Source of the DNA: Macrostomum lignano | Lineage: Eukaryota | DNA: 64,000 nucleotides | Direction: 5' to 3' | Assembly: GCA_002269645.1 (NCBI GenBank) | Contig: NIVC01001209.1 | Location: 62,001-126,000 of the forward strand | In this document: piece after piece, positions 36,931 through 49,055 of the stretch | How the letters are laid out: every line of letters begins with the position of its first letter | Position numbering within the stretch: position 1 is the first letter of the stretch | Position numbers and translations under genes: made by a program | Notes under the pieces: generated by a model | Database searches by the model: none | Told to the model about the DNA's origin: nothing | What the model saw: only the letters and a program-made list of their open reading frames with translations

Positions 36931-39900
36931 CTGGCAAAAGTGAAGCCAAAAAAATTATAACAGTTTGCATTTAATGCTTTAGAAAGAAATTTCATTGAAT
37001 TTATTTTATTGAGTGGATTCCAGTCATCTTTCTAAGCTTCTAATACATTTTCTGGCTCACTGGCTGTAACTCGTAATGTTTGTTAATAGTTATTGTAAGT
37101 AGGCCTAACCATGTAGGAAAGAAAAGAATGGGGTGCTAATCTGAGAGACTTATTTTTGTTTTGCTTACTTTCGAATTTTTGCATCCTGGTACATCCGTTC
37201 TATTTTATTGGCTCTTGTCTCTTGAATGCCACAGACGACAGCAGTTTATTTGTTATTGTTTTCCTTCCCAAGTTCGTCTGATTGATATCAATATATTAGT
37301 GTTACACCAAAAACTAGACTTATCTTAGAACGTTTCATTACATTTAATTCTCATCTTACGTTATTACGATCGCACGATTCGCATGGAATGATGCGATATC
37401 AATCTGGCAATCTGGGAATTCAGAACTGAACTTGGGAACAGAGCAAATTGACCATGTTTTTTTTTTTTTAGTAGTAATTTGGCTCAGGCAAGAAGCCTGT
37501 TTGGCCAGTATATGTCAGTGTATTTAATATTAATATTATTTCGATAGAATGGGAGGGTCGTTCTCAAAGCTAGGTCACAACTTTTTGTTATTGCAAAAAA
37601 AGTTTATACATCGACCAATAATCGTACAAAAAAAATTCTTTCGACAATTTCTGTAAGAAGCTGCTACTAAAACCACAAGAAAACTTGAAATTGACAAGAA
37701 ATCAAGGCTATTTGTTATTCTTTGTTGCGGAAAATAAACGACAAAAATATTAAAGAGAAAATAAAATTTTCTTCTATTTTTATTTTAAATATGCAGTTAA
37801 ATTTCTTTTGCAAAAATAAAAGAACAAGAAATTGACAAAGGAAATGTTTTTGAGCACAGCATTTTGTTACTCTGCTCTAAATCCCAGACATTTAAAATTA
37901 TCGTGTGCGAAAAAGTGCGAAATTATTATAGCATGCACTCGAAAGGACTTCGATCAGTTTAACTAATCACTGAATTAAGAAGTCTAAATAAGTCTTGAAA
38001 GGTTGAATTAAAAATCAAGTTTTCACTATGTATCTTTTCAAAGTTAAGATGATTCGACAAATAAAGAATGTTCATTTTTATGGTTAATAGAATTGTTTTC
38101 ATTTTTACATTAAATATAATAAAATCTAACTAATAATAGAAAAAGTCAGGGAACTATCCTTGAACACCAAAAAGCACATTGTGGATTTAATATCGACTGC
38201 ATGTTCCTTAATAAAGGAATTCGGATACTAGTATATATTTGATTATTTGTAGCATAATTTCTGAAAACTATAACTTGCTTGATTTTACTTTAAGTACTTA
38301 TTACATTAATACTTATACCAAAGCTACATGTACTTAAAATAAAAAATTATAGTTACTTATTAGACATTTTACTCCAATTAACTTAAAATAATTCAAATTT
38401 ATTTTAATTAATTCATTTTTTGAAACTTTTTGGAAAATAGACAAAATTGAATTATTTAATTACCAAAAACCTACTAGCTTAACTAAAATAGCAATTAGTC
38501 TTTAAGAAAAGATTTCACTTGTTAATTGAGAAAAATGAGGATGTGCGAGGTGTAAAAATGCGAAAGAGCATGCAGGAAACAGAGACAAACAAAAATGTAG
38601 GTAAAAGACACTGCACATGCACATAATATGATAACCAGACATAATGCGCACACTGAAACACCAGTAGCAATGACGCCCAAGCTTTTGATGATCACAAGTG
38701 AAAAGGCAAAACCCAGCCATCTAATCAAAGAAGTAGACTATAGCACGCATATTGAGTGCATCACGCATTTTTTGCAGAGAAGCTCGAAAATTAACATTGT
38801 ATTCTGTGCACAACCACCAACTGCGACAGGGTCTGCCGGGGGATTTGTGGGCACGCGGTCGCGGATACAAATCGGAGGAGTCGCTGACCATTCTGAAATT
38901 ACTAGCTAGCACATGTAATTTTGTGTATTAATATTTTTTAGCCCGCTTTATTTCTATGCTCTCGTCCGCCTCTCGTTAATGCATCCCCAGACTCATGCAA
39001 AAATTAAACTTATGATCGAACTATGCATGGCTTCCGTCCCTCGCTTTGAATCTCTCACCTCCCCATAGTTCCATCAACCTTACCGTAGTGGCTTCCTATG
39101 CAAAAATCATCCCTCCGCATCTTACACAGGCTACTTCAGGCTGTAGACTGTACTACACTATTAATTAGTTGCGCTAAAGAATCTACATGTATTTTGATCA
39201 CAGCGCAGCGCGCTGCTCAAAGAAGTTTAGATCTATCTAGATATTCTAGTAATTTCAGGTTTGTCCATAGACTAGAGCTCATGAGATGAGAATTCCATTA
39301 ACTAGTACATTTAATATGAATGAACAGCGTGTGTGTGTGCTGTGCATACATATGTATAATATACGAGTAGCTTATGGGCCAAATTATTGTGTGGCACAAT
39401 TCTTGGCATCACTCAGCAGGCACAAGATGCAGTTAAGCAGCGCACGAAAATTCTACAAAAGAAATTGAGCCTGGTTGAGGTGATGCGAGGAGGCAGATCC
39501 ACACAATCTCAGTGAATACACCAGACTGCACCAGATACGAGTCCAGTCGAATGTGCGCACTGGTCTAAGCAGCACACGCATGTCCTTCTGACAATGACGG
39601 CACCTAGCTTCGTCCAAGCCTTTGCCAGCGTCACTGACAGCGTCAATACTACCATGCAGTGCCACCTGCAGCACCGACAACGGCAATTCCTCCAGTTAGC
39701 CCACAACAGTGGCTAAACTGAGGGACAGGGAACCTACCCACAGAAGACACACACATACACACACAGCACCGGCAGCAGCACTCTGACAGCATAACCTAAA
39801 GCTCCATGAGCTCAGTTTTCAAGCATTGAAGAAGCAGAAGCAGTCATCTTGGATCCAGGGATCAGGAAGAGTGTTGCATGTCCGACATGTGCTGTTTCCG

Positions 39901-42277
39901 TGGCAAAAGGTGATGGAGCAAATTAATCAACACTTACTATCTAGCTCGTATTAAGACTAAAAAACTGAGGCAAGCTGGGATTAAACTAAAGAAAATTTAT
40001 TACTATACTTTTTTACCATACTTTTACTATACTTCTATAGTATAGTAGAGAGGTACTCTATTTAAATGCAGTAAGAAGTGAAACAAATTTATATATTTAA
40101 TTATTAAATTAAATTAATTCAAGGTAAATAACTAATTTAACCAATTTATTAGGAGTATTTATTATTATAATAAAGTGATTTTTATACCTTACACGAAATA
40201 AGCTCTACATTCATTTCTTAGCTTGGGGCCCATCTGTATAAGGTCAGTTTCTTCAAAATGCTGATTAATTAATTAAGGCCTGTTGTCTTTACTTAAATTT
40301 ATAAGGGCATCTTAGAAGTTAATATTACTATATAATACAGGTATAATAGTATTACTATATTATAATAATATAGTTGCAATTTTAATGACTATTGAATAAG
40401 TTTAAATGCTTCCCCTATTGACTCTAAATATATGGTATCTTTCCCTTCAGAAAAAATTAGCATAGAATGACTTGATGAAAACAAAAAAAATCATTTCGAG
40501 ATACACATTTGCTGATCATTCAGGTCAAATTTCAAGGTCCAGTTTTGCACATGTTTCTCTGTAGCTTGGTTACAAGGATTTTAATAAAAATATAATAAAT
40601 ATGTCCAATGAACTAACTGATACATAGCCAAATTGAAGTATTTTCAAAAACAAAAAAAATCATTTGCTCAGTTTACTTTACTGGATATCTGTGTAAAATT
40701 TCAGCTCAAAAGGTGCTCCATGGAGAATGCTAGTGTGGTTACAGGATATTTATTTTGTGCTTCAAAGTAGGAGTTAATTGCGATGCATGGTTGCTTTTAA
40801 TTATTTTTATCAATAATAGTGCTCTATTTCATAACAATTTTTTACAAAAAGATAATAAGACATGTTTTTCTAATTATCTGCATCAAAATGTATCATTTTA
40901 AGCGCACATTCTAGACGTCAGCTGAAAAATACATTTTGTGAGACGAAAAGAGGCTATCCCACCGGAAATGCTAGGCGTCCAGTTAAGCGTCTATAAAATC
41001 ATTTATAGTGCAGTTTATTGAGCTTTAAAAAATTCTTAAATTAAATTTATATAAGCTTTCATTTTAAATGTAATATAGCAAGGTTTCAACACAACAACAA
41101 CTTGTTTTAGCTACAGACATCTTGTAGTATCAAAAATTAACATCGGTGAAATGATTGAATTTGAATTTTTTCATCGCTAATTATCGCTTAATACCGCCAG
41201 ATGATTAAAAACACTTTTGCATGATAAAGTTCAACCCAAAAATTATCTTTATTCACAGATAAAAGTGTCCTATTATTTTGAATATGGCAGTAACAATAGT
41301 AAATGTTCGGAAAATTGTTAAAATTTTTGCTCCTTCTAGAATTTGCGAACGACCCGGGATCTGTGCGGCGAGTTTTACAATAATATAGTATTTGAAAGGG
41401 CGCCAATTTTTTTTTTTTACGAAATTTTAAAAATCTTAAACGGCAAACAAAGCAAAAAGTATTTAAGTAAGGAATTAAAAGACAAGTATGGTGTCACTTG
41501 AATTCGTAGGTGATAAAAATAAGTTTATATGTATTAATCAGACAAAAAAATCAGATGAAAGGATTGCTGGCAATTATTAGGCATTAAATATGAAGGGTAT
41601 TTTTGAAGCAAATATGTAAGAAAGAAATAACCAAAAATAGAGTGCTTAAATAAAACAAAGGCGCGATTAGAAAAAAAAAATTTTTACATAAATAAACGCG
41701 TAATACGGGATAGATTGCACCGGTATTGTTTACTCGAAGAGGGGTAGGGACTTAATAGTGCAAGAGATGCATGTATAGTTCTTGGAAAATATCTTGAATT
41801 TTAAATAACGCATTGGAACTTGTTATAACATAAGTATATCCTAAGTATTTAGATGAATTATCATTAATTGCTGCAGCATAATCTATTAGAAGGCCTCTTA
41901 TTGGAATCAAAATTTTTATTGTTTTTCAACATGATCCGTTTTCATTAGCTTTTTATACACGATTTCACCGTGTGCAGTTTCTATAGCAAAACTACACGTG
42001 CAGTCCAAGCAGAACAGTTCATATGTTCACATGCGATGCAAGTTTTTTTTATTGTTTCGACTCGATATTGTTTTCATCAAGGTGCCGAACTTGCCTGCTG
42101 GATTACTATTGCGTGGTCTGTAAATTTGTATTTTTGTAAGGATGACAATTGTTTGGATGTCCATATCCTAAAAGCGGATCGAAAAGGAAGAACACTGAAT
42201 ACATGAATTGATAGAGGAGGCCAGAAAAATATTGAAATACGAATTACATGGCATGTGTACATACCATCGAATACGTA

Positions 42278-43055
42278 CGAAGGGTACTGCAAAAGTGTAG
42301 CCACTTGGCATTTTTAGCCATACGCTGTTTGTCGGCTATCAGTTTCATTTTCCATAGGCTTACATGACAATAAATGAATATGATGGATAATCTTGCAGCG
42401 TTCAGCCACTAGGGCCAGATAACTTCAGCACCTCTGTCCACTTTTAAAGCGGAGCTCCTGAAATTGACCGCGAATCGCGAGCATTTTCTTGCCATAATGA
42501 TTTTTTATGACTATACCGCAGCGTCCTTGATTGCCGCCAGTGCAACGAAAGGCTATCAGTGGTTTCGCAGAAGCGGCTCCATCGCCTGCGACCGTCAGCA
42601 ACTGGTTCTGTGAGTTTCTTCCTGGCTGAGACTCGTTGAAAGATAAGCGCGTACACGCCGACCTTCAACTACATGTACCACGACACCATGCAGAAACTGC
42701 AGTGGCTCGATCGTGTCCGCCAGCTGGTTGAAGCAAACAAGCAGATAATTTACAAGGAGATCGAAGCATCCCTGGCATCCATTCGCCGGCAATTGCTAAA
42801 ACTCTCACGACCACATCGGCTTGCGAATACTGATCATAGATAGGTGTGCCCCACCTGCTGCAGCCTGAGCAAAACGGGCCCGGGTCGATTGGTGCCACCA
42901 GATGCTTCAGAAGTACAGCGATATAGTGTCGAAATCGGTCGTCGACATCGTGACATGCGACAAGACTTGGGTGTACTGCTACACTGTACGAGCCAGAGCG
43001 CAAGCGCAAGTCGCAGGTTTTCAGACGAGGTGCCACCAACGAAGGTCCTACAACG
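42278..43055 (+). mobile_element. Mariner (Tc1/mariner) transposon, 5' half, transposase pseudogene
   Basis: TA at 42276-42277 followed by the TIR-like CGAAGGGTACTGCAAAAGT. Frameshifted translation fragments KLTANREHFLAIMIFYDY (mariner N-terminus), DRVRQLVEANKQIIYKEI (HTH) and IVTCDKTWVYCY (first catalytic Asp motif, IVTGDETW-like). No right TIR seen. Confidence 0.75.
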
Positions 43056-43149
43056 CTTTAACTCCCGGACGCGTCTCCTCTGGACTGATCGTTCGTGACT
43101 GCAGCCGCCGCAGCGACTACCCGACGACCACCATGCCAAGCAGCCCTGC

Positions 43150-44140
43150 CCGTCGACCGCGACTCCTGATTGTTATCTTTATAGATTTTAAGAAGGCATT
43201 CGACTCTGTCGTCAAGGTCTGTGCTCCCAAAGGTGCTCCGTGTGTACAACGTGCCAGATCGAGCAGCTGATTTCCGCCATCATAGCGATGTACTGTGATA
43301 CGAAAGCTGCTGTTTCAACATCGGATGGCCTAGCTATCGGACTTATTTGAGACATCCTCCGGGGTGCTTTAGGGAGATACGCTTGCGCCGTTCCTGTTCG
43401 TTCTGGTGCTTGACTGGGTGCTGCGGACCGCTCTTCCTACCATGAAATGACGACGGCTTTCTGTTGCGGCGACGCGTGGGTCGACGTCAAAAAGAGAGGC
43501 GCCTCAGCGTGCCTCGGCGTACGACGATCTCGCCCTGCTGTTCTCAACTGTCGAGGGCGCCCAGCGACAACTGGACAAGCTAGTTTCTGTTGCGGCGAGT
43601 GTCGGCCTGGAGGTCAACACGCAGATGGGCTGCCTTTCGTTCTGTGAGAGCAGTCCTGCGGTCCGAGGCCTTACCTGACCGTGATCGAGACCATCCTTGC
43701 TATACAACGGCCGAGACCTAGACGCTGACGGAGTCGCTCGAGCAACAAGTTAACGCGGCGCACGCTGGCCTGCTGGCGTAGCCGCCTTCAAAATGGGCTA
43801 CGAGCAAGTGACCAACGCGGCTTTGTATCGCCGCGTCGGCCTGGTCCGTCTAAGCGACCTGCTGTGCCGTCGGCAACTCTAGCTGACAGGCCACATCATC
43901 TGCGCCGAGTCGTACTACCCAGAGCCGGTGGAGGAGGTGCTGCTGCTAACGCTGCAGGCACCCTACCGGCAGCTGGGCAGGTGCGCACTCGGCGTTTCGT
44001 CGACTGCCTGCTGGCTGACGCCGGCGCCCCGGATTCAGCCGGCGGCGTGGCGTTCATTCGTGACCTGGCCTTGAAGCGCGCCCTGTGACGCTAACTGCGT
44101 ATTATGTTGTTGTTTTTGTTTTTGTTGTTGTTTTTGTTGT
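43150..44140 (+). mobile_element. 5'-truncated, degenerate non-LTR retrotransposon (RTE-like reverse transcriptase) with (TTG/TTTTTG)n tail
   Basis: RT motifs LIVIFIDFKKAFDSV, TSSGVL*GDTLAPFLFVLVLDWVLR (CAG>TAG at 43370) and a frameshifted YADD-like ..DDLALL. Microsatellite 3' tail at 44101-44140. Confidence 0.85.
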
Positions 44141-44696
44141 GGTATGAAATGTGAGTAGTGAATGCGCCGGCCGCAGGGCATGGAATAGAAGCTGAGGATC
44201 AAAGTGGAAGATCACAGACTATGAGTATGAGCCGAACTTAAATCATCATAACAGTAAACAATACTTCTAAATAAGTCCCTGTAGGAGGTGAATCACGAGA
44301 GAATCCTGCGACCCGCACTTGCCGCATCCCCTGCTGCATCGAACTCATCCAGAATAAAGACATTAAGATGGCGTTATATTTATTTATTATTTGTTTATTA
44401 TTAGTTATTTACAATCGACCCTTGGAATCTTGGGGCTCAGGAGGGAATCGTAGTTTAAAACCGCTCACCAGCTATAAGATCCCCCTATGCAAAATTCCTC
44501 GTTTCCAGCACTGACTAGACTTGTCCTTGTATGCCTCGCATAGAGTCCCTTAATCGGCCATTTCTAGTACAGTTGGGTCAAGAAGCTTCGTCCTTTACAG
44601 GCCGGGAGTCCCGTCTCGCTAGTGGGAGTTTTTACTTGGTGTACTCCAGCACAGGTGACTGGTGGCGGCCGCGCTTCTGGCGTGTACCTTCAAACC

Positions 44697-44948
44697 CGGG
44701 CCCGCTGTCGAGATTGCCCGCAGTGCAATTTGCTTACGAGTGAACTGCCCGCGAACGAGTTGCCCGTCGAGTTTTTTTCCGCCGAGGTTTGCCCGCAATT
44801 CTTTTTTCCTGCAGCGCATTTAGCCAGTTCAGTTCACTCGTGGGCAAATTCCACTGCGGGCAATTCTCGGCGGGCAAATCTCGGCGGGCAAATCTCGGCG
44901 GGCAAATCTCGGCGGGCAATTCGTCTGCGGGCAATTCTTATGGACCCG
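44697..44948. mobile_element. Small foldback / non-autonomous element with inverted TTGCCCGC subterminal repeats
   Basis: Left CGGGCCCG..GATTGCCCGCAG versus right (reverse complement) CGGGTCCATAAGAATTGCCCGCAG. Several TTGCCCG motifs on the left face (CTCGGCGGGCAAAT)x4 on the right. Confidence 0.5.
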
Positions 44949-45386
44949 ACGAGATCTTGTTGCTGTACCTTTTAGCGCCAGAGCCCAGGATTTGCACAAG
45001 GTGTCTTCATGCAGCCCGGGTTACGTCAGTTCGACATATCATTAAATAGGGTGCAAATGTGGTATTGTACATTCACCCCTTGTCAGCAAGTGCAGCCGCA
45101 TCTTAGACAGCCTGACGTGTTATTCAATATAAACATGTGACGTAGTATTCCCGCTTGTAATTGTTCATTTTAAGGCAGCCGATCCATATAGAACTTCGTC
45201 GGCAACACTAAGACCGATGCACGGACCCTTCAAGAAACAGTATACATGTACGCGTTTAAGGCGACCTAACAGACTGTCGATATTACATGTAAACGAGACG
45301 ACTCCGCCAGTAAAACTTTAGAGTTTGTATTAAATTGTATTAATTAATAGACGATCGACACGCAAAATACAATTCTTATAACGTTA

Positions 45387-45808
45387 TATAGTATTTGTCA
45401 TGCTATCTCAGCCTAGAGACATCCAAACTCAGCCAGCCCATCTCAACAGTGCGATTTTTTACGTAAGCCAGTCAAGTTTTACCATAGACATGCTTCTTAA
45501 GGCCATGCTATCTCAGCCTGGGACATGCAATCTCAGCCACTTTTCAGACTCTTACTGACTTTTCTTGCTGCGTTCATTTATTGCTGTTTGTTGCCATTTC
45601 ATGTCACGTTACAGAAATGATAGCATTGAGATCTGTTTGCAATTGAAATCTATATTGGCTGAGATTGCATGTCCCAGGCTGAGATAGCATGGCCTTAAGA
45701 AGCATGTCTATGGTAAAACTCGACTAGCTCGAGCCAAAAAACGCATTGCGGAATGGGGCTGGCTGAGATTGGATGTCCCTAGGCTGAGATAGCATGACAA
45801 AAGCTATA
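45387..45808. mobile_element. MITE / foldback element with ~146-bp inverted arms
   Basis: Arm 45394-45539 is the reverse complement of 45656-45801. The inner ~65 bp are near-perfect, and the spacer is 116 bp. TATAG/CTATA ends. Confidence 0.85.
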
Positions 45809-46039
45809 CTTGATGCAAGTACATTTTAAAGTAGTGTTAAAATGTATAACACTGCGACTTGTCGTTAAAATTCTTTCTTGGCATTGTCTATGGCTTAAAA
45901 AGGCAGGACACCGACGGAACCGAATGCGAGCATAAAAATTGAACGACAACAAACAGAGCTGGTTTACATGTAGAAAAGTTAACTACCCAAATAAATAGAA
46001 GCATCACTAATTTCAACGAGAATACACTTGAACGTCGCC

Positions 46040-47639
46040 ATGTTCAATCAGAAGTTTCTGGATGACACTATTCCAACTCGTTCGCGCAGCAAAGCCCATG
46101 TAGATGCTGCCAGCCAAAAGACTCAAAGCACTCGGTGCAGTAGCGTTAAGCGACACGCTCAAAGTCTCTTCAAACCATGGTTCACTGGTAATAACACTGC
46201 GACATCCGGAGTAGCTGCCGCAGCCTCCGCCGCCGCGGCCGCGCTGCAAGCCGGAACCCCAATGTCCGAGCCGACTCGCAATAGTAGCAATGCGCCAGAG
46301 CTGCCCGACAGCGGCCCGTACAACTATAGCAATGTCAGTAATATGACAGCCGGTGCTGACATGGGCGACAAGCCGATTAACAAAGACGATATTCGTCCGA
46401 TGCCCTACCATGACTACAATCCGATTTTGGTGCGTCAGACTCAGAGCGACCAAGAGCTACCAATTCACTATTGGTTCTACATCTACTTGTACAGCTCCGA
46501 TGTAGACAAGTTGCTAACTCCGTTCGTTAGGATGGTTGACAGCTTTGGCACTGATCGGCGACTTACTGTCATCATGAACAGATGCGGGGTATGGACAATG
46601 GGGAGGAGAATAAAGGAGAGAAAATGAGAGGAGAGGAGAGATTAGAAATGGAATACGATCTAAAGTAGAATAGAATAGAGTAGAGTAGAATAGAGTAGAA
46701 TATAATATAATAGAATAAAGTAGAAAAGAATAGAATAGAATAGAACAAAACAGAACAGAATAGAATAGAATAGAATAGAATAGAATAGAATAGAATAGAA
46801 TAGAATAGAATAGAATAGAATAGAATAGAATAGAATAGAATAGAATACATGTAGAATAGAATAGAATAGAATAGAATAGAATAGAATAGAATAGAATAGA
46901 ATAGAATAGAATAGAATAGAATAGAATAGAATAGAATAGAATAGAATAGAATAGAATAGAATAGAATAGAATAGAATAGAATAGAATAGAATAGAATAGA
47001 ATAGAATAGAATAGAATAGAATAGAATAGAATAGAATAGAATAGAATAGAATAGAATAGAATAGAATAGAATAGAATAGAATAGAATAGAATAGAATAGA
47101 ATAGAATAGAATATCGAGAAGAGAAGAGAATACAGGAGAAGATAACGGAAGAAAAGAAAGGAAAGGAAAGGAGAAGAGTAGGGAGAATACTGAATGAGAA
47201 AATCAGATACACAATCAGATAGAGATCGAAGGTAAATCTTTACCTGACTACAGTTGCCATTGTTCGAGACAAGACGGGAGGTCAAAGTTAGAGCAAAGAT
47301 TGCATCGCGATGAAATTTGGCTCCGAAATCATTATTTTCATACTGATATCATAATCATCCAACATCCCCTACTGTATCCTACATCTACAATTAATGTAGG
47401 TGCAAATCCTTCTGAAGGAGCTTGAGTTGTACAAGTCTCTACCTCGGCGCATTGTGGTGATCAAGGGGGCCAAGTGGACCAGCATCGTGAAGGCTCTGAT
47501 AGAGATGGAGGAGCGCCTGCCCGATCTCATGCGATTCGCCACCTTTCCGTTGCTATTGGATACGGACACCACCAAGTACGCGTGCACTAAATTTGATCGC
47601 ACCGCTTGCATCAATCGGCTCGCCAAGCTGATCCACTGA
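46040..47639 (+). CDS. Hypothetical protein, two exons, about 262 aa, no family recognised
   Basis: Exon 46040-46588 (ATG; phase-0 donor GGG|GTATGG) joins exon 47400-47639 (tgtag|GTG..TGA) in frame across an (AATAG)n-filled intron. GC/CpG-rich, coding-like composition as in neighbouring exons. Confidence 0.62.
46660..47115. repeat. (AATAG)n microsatellite in the orphan-gene intron
   Basis: Long pentanucleotide run; source of the ILFYS pseudo-ORFs. Confidence 0.97.
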
Positions 47640-49055
47640 GTATATCTATACTATTAGACAAACCGCTCGCTTCTTTGACTAAAACGTCAACAACGGCGTT
47701 TATAAACACTGAGAACGGAACCCGTAACGCATGCGCAGTACACTTGTAAAAGCGATATTTAGTTAACAATTTTAGTTTCCTTGTACCGATATGTCTGTTA
47801 TTTTTTACTTGACAATCCGAAGTTAGCGAAACGCACAAAAGCAGTAAATAGCAAAATTCTTTTTTTCGCAACAATGCTTGAGCTTCTACTAGAAGACAAA
47901 AGAAACAGTTTCGGTACTTCAGGCGTGAAGGTATACTTGTATTTCAGTTTTTTTCTTGTCAAAAGGTATTTTACCATTTAAATAATGCTTCGAGAGTCGA
48001 GAGTTTTTGACAAAGTCTCTCTTTAAAAAAGTTATTTGATGAAAAAACAAACAACAATGTCTTTGTATTTCGTATTAGCAATTAGCGGGTCAATGTTTGA
48101 TTGCTGTCCAAAACAGCGCCTGTCCCCATTTTCGGGCCTTTTCAAATGTGCCAGCTCTCTGTCTCTGCCTTTACTTAAAATGGGTGCCTGATTCCTACAC
48201 ATATCTAATTGCGATTCGTAGCTGCTGCAGCTTGGGGAGTTCTTCAAAATGGTAAGTCGTGCATCCTAAAACTTCGCGCTCCAGAAAGTCCCTTGACCTA
48301 TCCCCCGTGCCGTACGATCCCTCAATCAATTATAAACTAATTCATATTTCCAATGTTATTCACTAGACTTTCACTTACCATTCGCCAAAGAATTAGACTA
48401 ATCCGGTAATCCCATTCCCAAAGTCATTAGACTTCCCATTAAGGAATACAATCCAGGGATCCCGGGATCCAAGAATCACGGGATTAGGCCCAAATCCCGG
48501 GATTCTAAATCCCCAGATCGACCATCGGGATCCTGATCAAGCTTTGCAATAATTCAATCATTCATTCTCGAGTAGTAGTACATGTATCTGCAGCTGAGAT
48601 ACTTGTCAGGTGAAAATCATAACCCAGTTGTCCTACTTTGATTTCTTAATATTTTAACCAATGCAGGCTAGAGAGTAGAAGGCTATAGGGCTGCAAGGAT
48701 ACAAAACAGAAGCTGTTAGCAGATCGTAAGGAGATTTAAGGTGTAATAATGGACCATCTCCATCTACTTTAAGCAGTGACTTAACTTCAAAACTCCTTGG
48801 CCATAGTTGGGATCGGCCCACAACCCAAGCTACCAATTCTCCATCTAGGGCGGGTGCCCCTGGAAGGGTGATTTCTGATCCCCTTCTACCCTGGTATCAG
48901 TACCTCCGGCCATAGCTCTGTAAGTTACATGGGCGGCGGGAGCTTGCGGCCCCGGGGGCATGTGCCCCTCCCATAAAATGAGTCCATGCAGCACACAAAA
49001 CATTGTGACCTGAATTTTCGAGTTTCTGATATTTTAGTGCTTAGTAATAGATAAT

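Noticed and set aside
38500-39730. Short hydrophobic or Cys-containing ORFs (38522-38728, 39453-39686)
   Set aside because: No recognisable motif, in-frame stops nearby and no consistent splice chain. They could be UTR exons or decayed elements.
44380-44600. Possible 3' end of a LINE on the minus strand, with an (AATA)n-like tail
   Set aside because: Only the tail is suggestive; no protein motif could be recovered.
46460-46570. GIY-YIG-like look of YWFYIYLY..TDRRL in the orphan protein
   Set aside because: The second YIG/YVG motif and the conserved spacing to the catalytic Arg and Glu are absent.
46514-47285. ORFs of 232-237 aa with (ILFYS)n
   Set aside because: Translation of the (CTATT)n microsatellite.
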